From: a virus
Reading direction: 5' to 3' (one strand)
IMG/VR virus record: IMGVR_UViG_3300025928_000005
Span: 1-64,000 of that record
DNA length: 64,000 bases
A program made the translations under genes and the position numbers. The notes under the pieces were generated by a model, which did no database searches, was not told the origin of the DNA, and was given only the letters and a program-made list of their open reading frames with translations. This document shows positions 1 to 8,240 of the stretch, piece by piece (position 1 is the stretch's first letter; each line of letters starts with the position of its first letter).

Positions 1-165
1 CGACGGGTCCGTCGCCCACGCCGGGACGCTCGCTGCCACGTTCCGGCTCGTCGTCGCGAGGTGGTAGCCGCACGTCAGCGTCCTGCCGCCCCCGTCGTGG
101 GTCCGCGTCACCGCGAACTCGGCCCGCGCGCCACAGCTGCAGGTCTTGGTCTGCCTCTCGCTCAC
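1..165 (-). CDS. small Cys/His-containing hypothetical protein (partial, runs off window)
   Basis: GTG at 165, open to window edge: MSERQTKTCSCGARAEF...TCGYHL; GC3-rich codons. Confidence 0.55.
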   Translation of the reverse strand, partial: MSERQTKTCSCGARAEFAVTRTHDGGGRTLTCGYHLATTSRNVAASVPAWATDPS

Positions 166-169
166 CAGC

Positions 170-394
170 TCATCCCTTCTCGTTGAACGGCCCGAACCGC
201 CGCTCGTCCTCGCGGCGCAACGCCGCGACCGCGGCCGCCTCCGTCTCGTACGCGGCCCCGTTCCAGCCCTCGCCGCCGGTCACCTCGACCCGGTTCAGCG
301 CCGCCGCGCGCCAGCCCGCGGGCGTCCGCCAGCAGGTGCCGATGTAGACGTCCCTCGCCTCGTCCATCACCGGGACGTACCCGGCCCTAGCCAC
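170..394 (-). CDS. hypothetical protein
   Basis: 3' part of ORF 170..505; start placed near the upstream stop, uncertain. Confidence 0.55.
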   Translation of the reverse strand: MARAGYVPVMDEARDVYIGTCWRTPAGWRAAALNRVEVTGGEGWNGAAYETEAAAVAALRREDERRFGPFNEKG

Positions 395-605
395 GACGGT
401 CACCGGCCACCGGCTCCACCCACGTGACGCGGGTGATCGGGTCGTCGAGCGGCCCGAGCTCGTCGCTCGCGAGACGCGTGCGCCGCAGCCGGTACCACGT
501 GCCATTCAGCTTGACGGTGCCGTCGGGCCGGCTCGCGGCCAGGAAGGCGGCGGCGCTCAGGGTGCCCAGCGGGACGTCGCCCTCGAGCAGTCGGACCTCG
601 ATCAC
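387..605 (-). CDS. hypothetical protein
   Basis: ORF 387..623; GTG at 605 follows GAGAAGG and a promoter. Confidence 0.6.
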   Translation of the reverse strand: MIEVRLLEGDVPLGTLSAAAFLAASRPDGTVKLNGTWYRLRRTRLASDELGPLDDPITRVTWVEPVAGDRRG

Positions 606-645
606 GGGATCACCTTCTCTCATTCCTGGTTCCTGATCTGGTTAG

Positions 646-674
646 ACCCTACCACCCTCCGCCTCAAATGTAAA
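646..674 (-). promoter_or_regulatory. SigA/HrdB-type promoter TTTACA-N17-TAGGGT with CAGGAAC leader
   Basis: Read directly on minus strand; leader contains CAGGAACCAGGAAT. Confidence 0.75.
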
Positions 675-945
675 CCCTGTCTCGCCAGCGAAGCCGCGCG
701 CCCTGCAGGTCGTTGCAGGGCCGGCACGCCGGCTGGATGTTGCCGCGCACGTACCGGCCGCCCTCGCACGCGGGCACGATCCGGTCCACGGTCAGGGTCT
801 CCAGGGTCAGGTCCATCTCGCACTCGTCGGACAGCTCGAGGTGGCACATCGCGGTGATTCCGTCCCCGAACTCGTCGAGCAGCCACTGCCGCCGCGCGCG
901 GCGCTGCGCCGCGCTCCCTCGCTGGTTGCCGTTGGGCACGGTCAC
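664..945 (-). CDS. HNH endonuclease
   Basis: TVDRIVPACEGGRYVRGNIQPACRPCN HNH motif; GTGA overlap with upstream stop. Confidence 0.8.
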   Translation of the reverse strand: MTVPNGNQRGSAAQRRARRQWLLDEFGDGITAMCHLELSDECEMDLTLETLTVDRIVPACEGGRYVRGNIQPACRPCNDLQGARLRWRDRVYI

Positions 946-1205
946 TTCCCCAGCGAGTGGTGGTAGCTCTGCAGGTGCCAGTGGCCGCCGTCGCGGGGGC
1001 ACTCGTAGGGCACCTGCCGACGGCCGTCGAGCTGCCGGAGCTCGGCCGCGGCCATGGCCGCGGCACCCCTCGTGTCGTAGATCACCTTGCCGGTGCGGCC
1101 GAGCGACGTGAAGCCGCGGCGCACCTCCGTCTCGGTGGGAACGCAGCACGCGGGGTGGTAGCCGTCACCGAGCAGCCGCGCGTGCCGTCGAACGATCTTG
1201 CTCAT
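942..1205 (-). CDS. phage hypothetical protein, possible Zn-binding
   Basis: MSKIV... TGKVIY...YECPRDGGHWHL. Confidence 0.65.
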   Translation of the reverse strand: MSKIVRRHARLLGDGYHPACCVPTETEVRRGFTSLGRTGKVIYDTRGAAAMAAAELRQLDGRRQVPYECPRDGGHWHLQSYHHSLGK

Positions 1206-1288
1206 CTGGGGGCCGAGCGACCTCACGACGGGTCTCAGGCGTCGCTGTGGCAAGGGGTCAGCTCTCCTCTCGGGTCTCGTGTCAGGTG

Positions 1289-1660
1289 TCAGTCGTGCCG
1301 TGGCATGCCCTCGGGTGCCACGGGTGCCGCCGGCACGTTCAGCTCGGTCACGGGGCGCGTGAACCCCCAGCAGCCGCAACGGTGACAGCAGTTGACGGTG
1401 TCGACCGTGCCACGACCGTGCTCGCTCCGGTGGTGCCCGCAGGCGCAGGTGTCACGTGCCACCGAGGTGTCAGGTGCCAGCGCTGAGGTGCCACGTGCCA
1501 CTCGCTCCTGCCACAGCCGGATGCCGTGATCCACCACCTGCCACAGCACGTCGGCGTCCACGTCCACGACGCAACGGTCGACGTGCCACCGCTCGCCGCC
1601 CTCGTGTCGGTGGTTCTCCACCCAGATTCGCAGGAACGCGACCAGCTCTCGCGCGCTCAC
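1289..1660 (-). CDS. hypothetical protein with C-terminal Cys/His cluster
   Basis: CACGHHRSEH...CCHRCGCWGF; GTGA-coupled start. Confidence 0.65.
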   Translation of the reverse strand: MSARELVAFLRIWVENHRHEGGERWHVDRCVVDVDADVLWQVVDHGIRLWQERVARGTSALAPDTSVARDTCACGHHRSEHGRGTVDTVNCCHRCGCWGFTRPVTELNVPAAPVAPEGMPRHD

Positions 1661-1917
1661 CTCGGACGCTTCCACAGCGGCTCTCCCCTCTCGAGCTGGA
1701 TCGGGTTCGCCTGCACCCACTCCGTGATCCGGCGCGCGACCTCGATCTTCGTCGCCACCGGCGCGTCGCGTCGAGACCCGAGAACGGTGCGGGTCGCCTC
1801 AAACCAGGCCCGCCGCAGCTCGAGCGGCACCTCGTACCAGCACGGGTCGCACAGGTTGCGCCGGCTCGTGCCGATCACGTCGCGGCACCGGTTGCACCGC
1901 TTCGCTCCTCGGCTCAC
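1657..1917 (-). CDS. hypothetical Zn-finger protein
   Basis: CNRC...CDPCW; GTGA-coupled start. Confidence 0.65.
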   Translation of the reverse strand: MSRGAKRCNRCRDVIGTSRRNLCDPCWYEVPLELRRAWFEATRTVLGSRRDAPVATKIEVARRITEWVQANPIQLERGEPLWKRPR

Positions 1918-2255
1918 GTGAGCTCTCCCTTCACGTCGACGACCTCGCCATCCACGGTGTCCCGCAGCACCAGCTCGTACTTGAGCGCCTTGACCAGCGG
2001 CCGGCGCTCGAGCCACGCCGCCGCGGAGTCCTCGATGCCGGTCGGGTGCCAGCACCCGTCGTCGCACTTGCCGTATCGCCGCTCCATCACGGATTCGTAC
2101 CACCGTCGACGGGCCAGTAGGTCATCCGCTCGCCGGCGCAGGAACGCGAGCACGTTGGTAACGTGACTCAGTTCCATCTCTGCGACGCGGTACGGGAAGC
2201 CGTCCTGCCCGTACCACATCTCCTCCTGCTCCAGGGTCTCCACAATGCTTGGCAC
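1914..2255 (-). CDS. hypothetical protein
   Basis: 113-aa ORF, coding-like codon usage, packed in operon. Confidence 0.7.
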   Translation of the reverse strand: MPSIVETLEQEEMWYGQDGFPYRVAEMELSHVTNVLAFLRRRADDLLARRRWYESVMERRYGKCDDGCWHPTGIEDSAAAWLERRPLVKALKYELVLRDTVDGEVVDVKGELT

Positions 2256-2273
2256 CGTTCGTCTTACCTCTTC

Positions 2274-2528
2274 TCACGTTTCCGATGAGCGTCGCCGCTG
2301 CCGAGCCGCCCTAGCGTGAGCCGCCGTGCACGGATAGCACCGGCAGTCGTAGTTGGTGTAGCCGTTGTCGGTGCCGTGCACGTGCTCCGGGATCGGTGCG
2401 TTGGCCCGGGCCAGCTTCGCGCGTCTCGCCTTCGCCGCGTTTGCCTCAGTGCACGGGCTGCAGCGGCAACCCCAGTTGCTGTAGCCACTAGACGTGCCGT
2501 GCACGTGGTTCGGGATGCTCCTCACCAT
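2274..2528 (-). CDS. protein with two tandem HGTxxGYxNxxCRCxxC repeats
   Basis: IPNHVHGTSSGYSNWGCRCSPCT and IPEHVHGTDNGYTNYDCRCYPCT; TGATG overlap start. Confidence 0.75.
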   Translation of the reverse strand: MVRSIPNHVHGTSSGYSNWGCRCSPCTEANAAKARRAKLARANAPIPEHVHGTDNGYTNYDCRCYPCTAAHARAARQRRRSSET

Positions 2529-2827
2529 CAGCGGTTCCTCCACCATTCCTTGACATCCATCCACCAGTTCCATGCCGTGAACCGCCACCACCTGTGGATC
2601 ACGTACCGCGTCCAGCTCGGGTCGAGCCACCGGGTCACGAACGGTAGCGTCACCACGTCGCAGGTGCTGCACCGGTGGAACCACAGGTGCGGCCAGCGCT
2701 GCTCGCCGTGGTTCCACCCCACCAGTCGCCCGTCCTCGCAGCGCTGCCGCTTCGCGTACCGCATCCCGCCGCCGGCCCACCCCGGGCAGCGCCACGGCTT
2801 GTCGTAGCAGGGTCGGCTCAGTCGCAC
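2528..2827 (-). CDS. Trp/Cys-rich hypothetical protein
   Basis: 3' part of ORF 2528..3085. Confidence 0.6.
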   Translation of the reverse strand: MRLSRPCYDKPWRCPGWAGGGMRYAKRQRCEDGRLVGWNHGEQRWPHLWFHRCSTCDVVTLPFVTRWLDPSWTRYVIHRWWRFTAWNWWMDVKEWWRNR

Positions 2828-3066
2828 GTCAGCCGCCGCAGGCGGATGCCGAACACCGGGTCGGATCGCACGCGCCGGAAGCTCGCGTCGGTCAGCCACA
2901 CCCTCAGGTTCGGCGGCGGCGTGTCCGCGGTCACCGCGAAGCTGCTGCCGTTGAGGTGCCGGTCGTCGGGGCTCGCGAGCAGGCCCGCCAGGCGCGGCAC
3001 GTTGACACTGTCCATGATGATGCTGTGGGGGAACAGGGTCGGCAGCAGCCGCTCGTAGGCGCTCAC
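2818..3066 (-). CDS. hypothetical protein
   Basis: ORF 2818..3078; GTGA-coupled start at 3066. Confidence 0.55.
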   Translation of the reverse strand: MSAYERLLPTLFPHSIIMDSVNVPRLAGLLASPDDRHLNGSSFAVTADTPPPNLRVWLTDASFRRVRSDPVFGIRLRRLTCD

Positions 3067-3203
3067 TTGTTCCCCCACCCGGCACGCAGCGCCTTCACGA
3101 TCTGCCGCGCCTCGTGGGCCGCGGCCGGGATCTCGAGCGCGAGTGCGAGGTCCTCCACCAGCTCGGCGAGCTGCGTGACCAGCTGTCGCTCGGTCTCGTT
3201 CAC
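3063..3203 (-). CDS. small hypothetical protein (46 aa)
   Basis: MNETERQLVTQLAELVEDLALALEIP...GWGNK; fills the gap with GTGA overlaps at both ends; not in ORF track. Confidence 0.6.
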   Translation of the reverse strand: MNETERQLVTQLAELVEDLALALEIPAAAHEARQIVKALRAGWGNK

Positions 3204-3340
3204 TCGCTCTTCACCGGACCCAGCTCGAGCTGACCGGTCTTCTCGTCGACCGCGAGCACCTCCTGGTACTTGCCGGTCGGCTTGCCGTTGATCGAGATGT
3301 ACAGCTTGTCGCCCACCTTGGGCAGCTTGGTCTTCGCCAT
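3200..3340 (-). CDS. small hypothetical protein (46 aa)
   Basis: MAKTKLPKVGDKLYIS... after AGAGGAG RBS. Confidence 0.65.
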   Translation of the reverse strand: MAKTKLPKVGDKLYISINGKPTGKYQEVLAVDEKTGQLELGPVKSE

Positions 3341-3357
3341 CTCGTCTCTCCTCTTCC

Positions 3358-4773
3358 TCAGCGGTTCCAGTTGACGACCACGAGCTTGCTCTTCGCTCGG
3401 GTCATGGCCGTATACAGCCACCGCCGGGGCTCCGGCGGCTTCGTGTCGAGCACGACTACTTTCTCGAACTCGGAGCCCTGAGCCTTGTGCGCGGTGAGCG
3501 CGTAGGCGAGATCCCAGAGGTGTCGGCCGTCGGGGTACTCGTTGGGGGCGAGCTTCGCCTCCGCCCCGAGCTGCTTGACCACGAGCTGCGTGAGCACGTG
3601 GCAGCCCGACTTGCCGCGGCGGTCCGCGTCGAGCTCCACCACGCAGGTCACCCACTTCTGACCCGGCCGCTCCAGCTTGCGAACGGAGCGGATGGTGCCC
3701 GTGGAGCCGTTGAACACGAACTCCATCGCGCCGGACGGCCGCCAACCGTCCTCCCCGCGGCCGATCCCCTCACCCGGGGTCACGACGACGCGGTCCCCGT
3801 TCTGCAGGGACACGACGCGGTCCCCCACCACGGGCATGCCGGGTGCGGCCAGGTGAGCCGGGGTGTCGCGGTAGCTGTGGTTGACCGCGGCCCGCATCCT
3901 GTTCGTGTGCGTGATGATCGCGTGCTGCGGGGACGGCGGCAGCCGGTCGCGGGACGCGACCGCGAGCACCTCCGGCCGCAGGGCGGCAGAGACGCACGCC
4001 GTGGAGCCGTCCCCGTACGTGCCGAGCGGCAGCCTGCCGGTCTCGCGGACGTGCCGCGCCGCCCCGATGATGCCCGTGACGTCGCTCTGCCGGTGGTTGG
4101 TGGTGAGGACGATCTCCGGGTTCTTCATCCACCGGTTCATCTCCTCCTTGACCGGGGCGAGCTGCCCGTGGTCGCCCACGAGCAGCACCGGCACGCCGAG
4201 GGAGGCGATCTCCTTGACCCGCTCCTCCGACACCATGGACGCCTCGTCGAGGATGATCAGGTCCCGGCGCCCGCCGACCGCGGACCGCAGCGTGAACTTG
4301 AGGTCCTCGTGCACCTGGCAGGTGTGGTCCGCGCTCTGGACGCACGGCTCAAACCGGAGCGCGCAGTCGCACTCCTCCGGGTCGGGGCAGCCGCACGGGA
4401 TGACGGTCAGGGGCTGCATGGTGCGCAGGCACCGGTAGGTGGCGCGCGCCTGGTACAGCAGGGAGTGATAGGTGCGGACGTGCAGCGCCTGGCTCTCGTT
4501 GAGCTTGCCGCGGAGGACCGCGGCCGCCCGATGCGTGGGCGCGCCGTAGGCGACCTCGGCGCCGAGCACACCCGCGAGCTGGCCGGTCAGCCACGTCTTG
4601 CCGGAGCCGGCGAGGCCCCCGATCGACAGCACGGGGTAGCCGTGGGCGTTGCCGTGCGTGTGCGGGTACTCCTCCTCGCAGTGCTCGCCCTCGCAGTACG
4701 TGGAGGCGGGCGCGCCCTTGAACCACGCCTCGACGCGGTCCAGGGCGTTCGCTTGGTCATCGCTGAGGTTCAC
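3358..4773 (-). CDS. RecD/Dda-like SF1B DNA helicase
   Basis: GLAGSGKT Walker A, APTHRAA, LDEASM, VGDHGQL, YALTAHKAQGSEF, LYTAMTRA. Confidence 0.92.
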   Translation of the reverse strand: MNLSDDQANALDRVEAWFKGAPASTYCEGEHCEEEYPHTHGNAHGYPVLSIGGLAGSGKTWLTGQLAGVLGAEVAYGAPTHRAAAVLRGKLNESQALHVRTYHSLLYQARATYRCLRTMQPLTVIPCGCPDPEECDCALRFEPCVQSADHTCQVHEDLKFTLRSAVGGRRDLIILDEASMVSEERVKEIASLGVPVLLVGDHGQLAPVKEEMNRWMKNPEIVLTTNHRQSDVTGIIGAARHVRETGRLPLGTYGDGSTACVSAALRPEVLAVASRDRLPPSPQHAIITHTNRMRAAVNHSYRDTPAHLAAPGMPVVGDRVVSLQNGDRVVVTPGEGIGRGEDGWRPSGAMEFVFNGSTGTIRSVRKLERPGQKWVTCVVELDADRRGKSGCHVLTQLVVKQLGAEAKLAPNEYPDGRHLWDLAYALTAHKAQGSEFEKVVVLDTKPPEPRRWLYTAMTRAKSKLVVVNWNR

Positions 4774-4955
4774 GAGCGATGGACTCCGTTCTTCGACAGG
4801 AACGCGTTGACGACGTCGCGCAGCTCGATCGCTTGCTCGACGTCGAGCTGCGTTCGATCACCGTCACAGCAGGCATTGAACCACAGCTCGCCGTCGTCGT
4901 TGAGCCCGATCGTGTGACCGTAATCGGTCCTCACCACGGCTTCGAAGTCGCTCAC
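4770..4955 (-). CDS. hypothetical protein
   Basis: 3' part of ORF 4770..5123, GTGA-coupled. Confidence 0.6.
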   Translation of the reverse strand: MSDFEAVVRTDYGHTIGLNDDGELWFNACCDGDRTQLDVEQAIELRDVVNAFLSKNGVHRS

Positions 4956-5188
4956 TTGTTCAGCTCCCGGCAGATGACGGTGGACCCGCTCACCCGAACG
5001 CTCGTGCCATATGCGCCCCGATGGTGGCCGCGCAGCACGATCGCCGCGACGTGAGGGTCCGCGCCGGTCACGGTGGTCTCGAAGAACCGGTCGTCCTCGA
5101 CGAGCTGGGTCCTGACGGTGCATCCGATCAGGCCGGCGGCCTTCAACACGGTCCTGATCAGCAGGGTCACGGTGTCTGGGGTCGACAT
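4952..5188 (-). CDS. hypothetical protein
   Basis: 78 aa, AAGGAAG RBS. Confidence 0.65.
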   Translation of the reverse strand: MSTPDTVTLLIRTVLKAAGLIGCTVRTQLVEDDRFFETTVTGADPHVAAIVLRGHHRGAYGTSVRVSGSTVICRELNK

Positions 5189-5206
5189 CGACGCTTCCTT
5201 ATCTAC

Positions 5207-5443
5207 TCAGCCTCGTTGGGTGACGACGAGCGCGTCGTCGAGGATGACCGCGGTCGCCCCGCGGCGGTCCATGAGGAACGTGGTCAGGGCGGCTCGGGCC
5301 AGGTGCAGGTTGACGCCACGAACCGTGGTGGTGAACTCGTAGCCCCGATACGTCGTGCTCAGCTCGAGCGTGTCGTTGGGGTTGAGCCCCACGTGGTTGA
5401 AGATTCGGCGCAGCTCGTTCTGCACCTCGCCGTGTCCGCGCAC
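5207..5443 (-). CDS. hypothetical protein
   Basis: 78 aa, AGGAGG RBS. Confidence 0.65.
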   Translation of the reverse strand: MRGHGEVQNELRRIFNHVGLNPNDTLELSTTYRGYEFTTTVRGVNLHLARAALTTFLMDRRGATAVILDDALVVTQRG

Positions 5444-5452
5444 GTCGTCCTC

Positions 5453-5779
5453 CTAGCCGTTCAGCTGGTCCATCAGGTCACGGACGTGGATCGCGTCGGT
5501 CGCGGACATCAGGTCACCCCAGATGCTGGCCGACACGTCCACCAGCGTGACCGCGGGGTCCCGCTGGTTCAGCACCTTCAGCAGGGCCGCCACACGGTGG
5601 TGAGCGACCTGGCGGTTGGTGCCGACGTGGTTGCGCTGGGTCACGGCCAGCACGTGGTGGCCGCTCGGGTCGAGCCGTCGAAGCAGGTCCCGGTCCAGCT
5701 TGCGGTCGAACTGGTGCATCCAGCACGCGTCCGCGATTCGCTTGATCGTGGCGGTGTCGGCGACGCGGATGTCGCTCAT
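5453..5779 (-). CDS. hypothetical protein, first gene of leftward early operon
   Basis: MSDIRVAD... after GAGGAAC. Confidence 0.7.
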   Translation of the reverse strand: MSDIRVADTATIKRIADACWMHQFDRKLDRDLLRRLDPSGHHVLAVTQRNHVGTNRQVAHHRVAALLKVLNQRDPAVTLVDVSASIWGDLMSATDAIHVRDLMDQLNG

Positions 5780-5826
5780 GAGGTTCCTCGATTCCTGGTG
5801 GTTGGCTTCAGCAACCGCTGCCACCG

Positions 5827-5855
5827 ACAGTATCACCTGCGGCTCAACTTGTAAA
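5827..5855 (-). promoter_or_regulatory. promoter TTTACA-N17-TACTGT (extended -10)
   Basis: Divergence point of the two arms; leader contains CAGGAATCGAGGAAC. Confidence 0.75.
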
Positions 5856-5890
5856 CAGCAAGCTTCACCGGTGGCTGATCTAGCGCCGCG

Positions 5891-5899
5891 TGGTAAGGT
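5891..5899 (+). promoter_or_regulatory. extended -10 promoter TGGTAAGGT
   Basis: Followed by CAGGAAG...GAGGAAC-ATG; no good -35. Confidence 0.5.
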
Positions 5900-5930
5900 T
5901 TACCCAGGAAGCTGAAGGAGAGAGGAACCC

Positions 5931-6497
5931 ATGGAAGAGACCCGCATGATCAACGAGAACGACGCCGGCAACCTGATCCAGGTCCGCCACGTCGACAGCG
6001 TCCTCGAGTTCGTCGGCGAGCGAGTCACCGACTCGTCGAGCGACGACCGCACCCAGCCCCGGTGGACCGACCTCACCCTGTACCGCCTCACCGACGGATC
6101 CGGCCGCTACGTGCTGCAGGTCGTCGGCCGCTCCGTCGTCTACCACGCGGTCAGCGGCTGCGAGCGCGGCGTGCACGTGAGCCTCCGGGAGCTCGCCGAC
6201 CACTACCTCGACGAGGCGTGCGAGGAGCCGGTCCCGGAGCCGTGCCCCGTGTGCAAGCCGGTCGACATCGAGGCCGACCTCAGCGCCGTCACGCCCGGCG
6301 ACCTCGTCGTCAAGATGGAGGTCGACCGCTACTCCGCCTACGAGTGCCGCGGCGTCGACGAGCTCCTGCAGCGACTGCGCCTGACCCAGCAGGTCAAGGG
6401 CGCGGGGTTCAGCATGCCGTCCCTGCTGCTGCTCGACCGCGCGAAGGTCGCCGACCCCGCGATCGCGGCCGCCCTCAGCCGAATCCGTCGCCTCTAG
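5931..6497 (+). CDS. phage hypothetical protein
   Basis: 188 aa, strong RBS; RWTDLTLYR...GRSVVYH, CPVC. Confidence 0.8.
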   Translation: MEETRMINENDAGNLIQVRHVDSVLEFVGERVTDSSSDDRTQPRWTDLTLYRLTDGSGRYVLQVVGRSVVYHAVSGCERGVHVSLRELADHYLDEACEEPVPEPCPVCKPVDIEADLSAVTPGDLVVKMEVDRYSAYECRGVDELLQRLRLTQQVKGAGFSMPSLLLLDRAKVADPAIAAALSRIRRL

Positions 6498-6500
6498 TTG

Positions 6501-6529
6501 TTTACAAGTGACCGTCCACATGGTACAGT
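6501..6529 (+). promoter_or_regulatory. promoter TTTACA-N17-TACAGT
   Basis: Just after stop 6497; leader CAGGAACGAGAGGAAC. Confidence 0.8.
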
Positions 6530-6564
6530 TTCGCTCAGCACCACCAGGAACGAGAGGAACTGAC

Positions 6565-6990
6565 GTGACGGAAGCACGACGCAGCGGCATCACCCGGGCC
6601 ATCATCCAGCTGTTCGAGGACAATCGGGACCGGGCCCTGAGCATCGAGCGGATCGCCGAGCACCTCGACTACAGCGTCAAGAACACCGGATCCCTCATCT
6701 CGCAGCTTCGCAAGAACCGCTCCAACCTCCGGATCGAGGTCCCGAGCCACGGCGTCTACATCTACCGTGGCACGAGCACCGTCGACGACGTGCTGGCAGC
6801 GGAAGCCAAGCCGCTCGGGGCTAGGTCCCACTCGGCCGACGCGCTGAAGCCGCTGAAGCCGGCGCGGGTCATGAGCGGCGGCAGCCTGCTGAGCGTCGGT
6901 GACCTCGTCGAGGTCATCGGCTTCAGCCAGGACGGCACCCCGCTCGTTCGGGACACCGGCGGCAAGCTCTACCTGCTCAACCAGCTGTGA
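6565..6990 (+). CDS. winged-HTH DNA-binding protein
   Basis: LSIERIAEHLDYSVKNTGSLISQLRK...HGVYIY pattern. Confidence 0.65.
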   Translation: MTEARRSGITRAIIQLFEDNRDRALSIERIAEHLDYSVKNTGSLISQLRKNRSNLRIEVPSHGVYIYRGTSTVDDVLAAEAKPLGARSHSADALKPLKPARVMSGGSLLSVGDLVEVIGFSQDGTPLVRDTGGKLYLLNQL

Positions 6991-6994
6991 CACC

Positions 6995-7030
6995 GAGCCG
7001 GCTCGGCACCAACGGGTGTCGAGCCGGCTC
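6995..7030 (+). terminator. stem-loop after gene, followed by TATGAT -10 (7040-7045)
   Basis: GAGCCGGCTCGGCACC / GGTGTCGAGCCGGCTC, 16 bp with one G-T pair. Confidence 0.6.
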
Positions 7031-7070
7031 TCGCGTGGGTATGATCGAACCAGGAACGAGAGGACGGAAC

Positions 7071-7277
7071 GTGTCCGAGAGGACCGACCTCGAGGCCGCC
7101 GCGACGGTGTTCCTCGACCAGCTTCCCGAGAGCCGGGCGGAGGCCATGGCCTTCTGCTACGGGTACCTCGACCAGGTCGTCAAGGGCTTCATCAACGGCA
7201 GCTTCACCCTCAGTGACCTCACGCACAGCCGAGAGCTGCTCAACACCGTGCTTGACCTTCACCGTGACCGGAGGTAG
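7071..7277 (+). CDS. hypothetical protein
   Basis: GTG after CAGGAACGAGAGGACGGAAC leader. Confidence 0.7.
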   Translation: MSERTDLEAAATVFLDQLPESRAEAMAFCYGYLDQVVKGFINGSFTLSDLTHSRELLNTVLDLHRDRR

Positions 7278-7283
7278 CCGCAC

Positions 7284-8240
7284 TTGCTGATCACCATCGA
7301 GGGCCCCGACTGCGGCGGCAAGTCGACCCTCACCAGGCAACTGCTCGAGGCGGCTGAGGCCCGTGGCTGGCTCGGGCAGCGGGTCCACAAGGGGCCGCCC
7401 GCCCCGGACGTCGACCCGTTCACGGAGTACGAGACCGCCCTCGACGTCGAGCCCCTTCGCAGCCTCATCGATGGCTACGACACCCTCGTCGTCATGGACC
7501 GCTGGCACGTCGGCGAGGCGATCTACGGCCCGCTGTGGCGCGGCCACAGCCGCCTCACCCGCGCCGGCCTCGCGCACGTGGAGGCCGCCCTCGACGCCGT
7601 CGGGGCGATCCGCGTCATGTGCCTGACGCCCTACCACGAGCTGCAGGCCCGGTTCCTCACCCGCGGTGACGACCTCACCAAGCTCGACGAGCTCCCGCAC
7701 ATCCACGGCGCGTACCAGGACCACGCGGAGCTCTTCGACTACGTCGTCCTCACCGGCTTCGAGCCGCGGCAGGTCGCGGTCAACGGCCTGCTCGACATCG
7801 CCCGGAACCGCCGCAACCGCGCGCGGCTGATCACCAAGCTCAGTGATCGCACCTACATCGGCCAGCTCTGGCCCACCTACCTCATCGTCGGCGACGAGCG
7901 CAACGCCCGACCCCGACCCGACCTCACGCGCCCGTTCACCCCGGTCAACGGGTCCGGCTGCAGCACGTGGCTCTGGGACGCGGTCGTCGCCACCGGCTAC
8001 CACACCGAGGTTGGGGTCGTCAACGCCAACGAGAGCGGCGTCGCCCTGACCTACCTGTGGCGCGAGCTCGACGAGCCCCGCGTCGTAGCCCTCGGCAACC
8101 GCGCCGCCTCCAGGCTCTACGCCGCCGGCATCGAGCACCGCATCATCTACCACCCGCAGTACGCGAAGAGATTCCAACACAAGGACTTCGACGGCTACGT
8201 CGCGTCCCTCAAGGAGGCGATGCATGGAGTACGTGTCTGA
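7284..8240 (+). CDS. dNMP (thymidylate-kinase family) kinase fused to C-terminal UDG-superfamily-like domain
   Basis: IEGPDCGGKST P-loop, MDRWHVGEAIYG; C-term LIVGDE...VVALGNRA...HPQY. Confidence 0.8.
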   Translation: MLITIEGPDCGGKSTLTRQLLEAAEARGWLGQRVHKGPPAPDVDPFTEYETALDVEPLRSLIDGYDTLVVMDRWHVGEAIYGPLWRGHSRLTRAGLAHVEAALDAVGAIRVMCLTPYHELQARFLTRGDDLTKLDELPHIHGAYQDHAELFDYVVLTGFEPRQVAVNGLLDIARNRRNRARLITKLSDRTYIGQLWPTYLIVGDERNARPRPDLTRPFTPVNGSGCSTWLWDAVVATGYHTEVGVVNANESGVALTYLWRELDEPRVVALGNRAASRLYAAGIEHRIIYHPQYAKRFQHKDFDGYVASLKEAMHGVRV

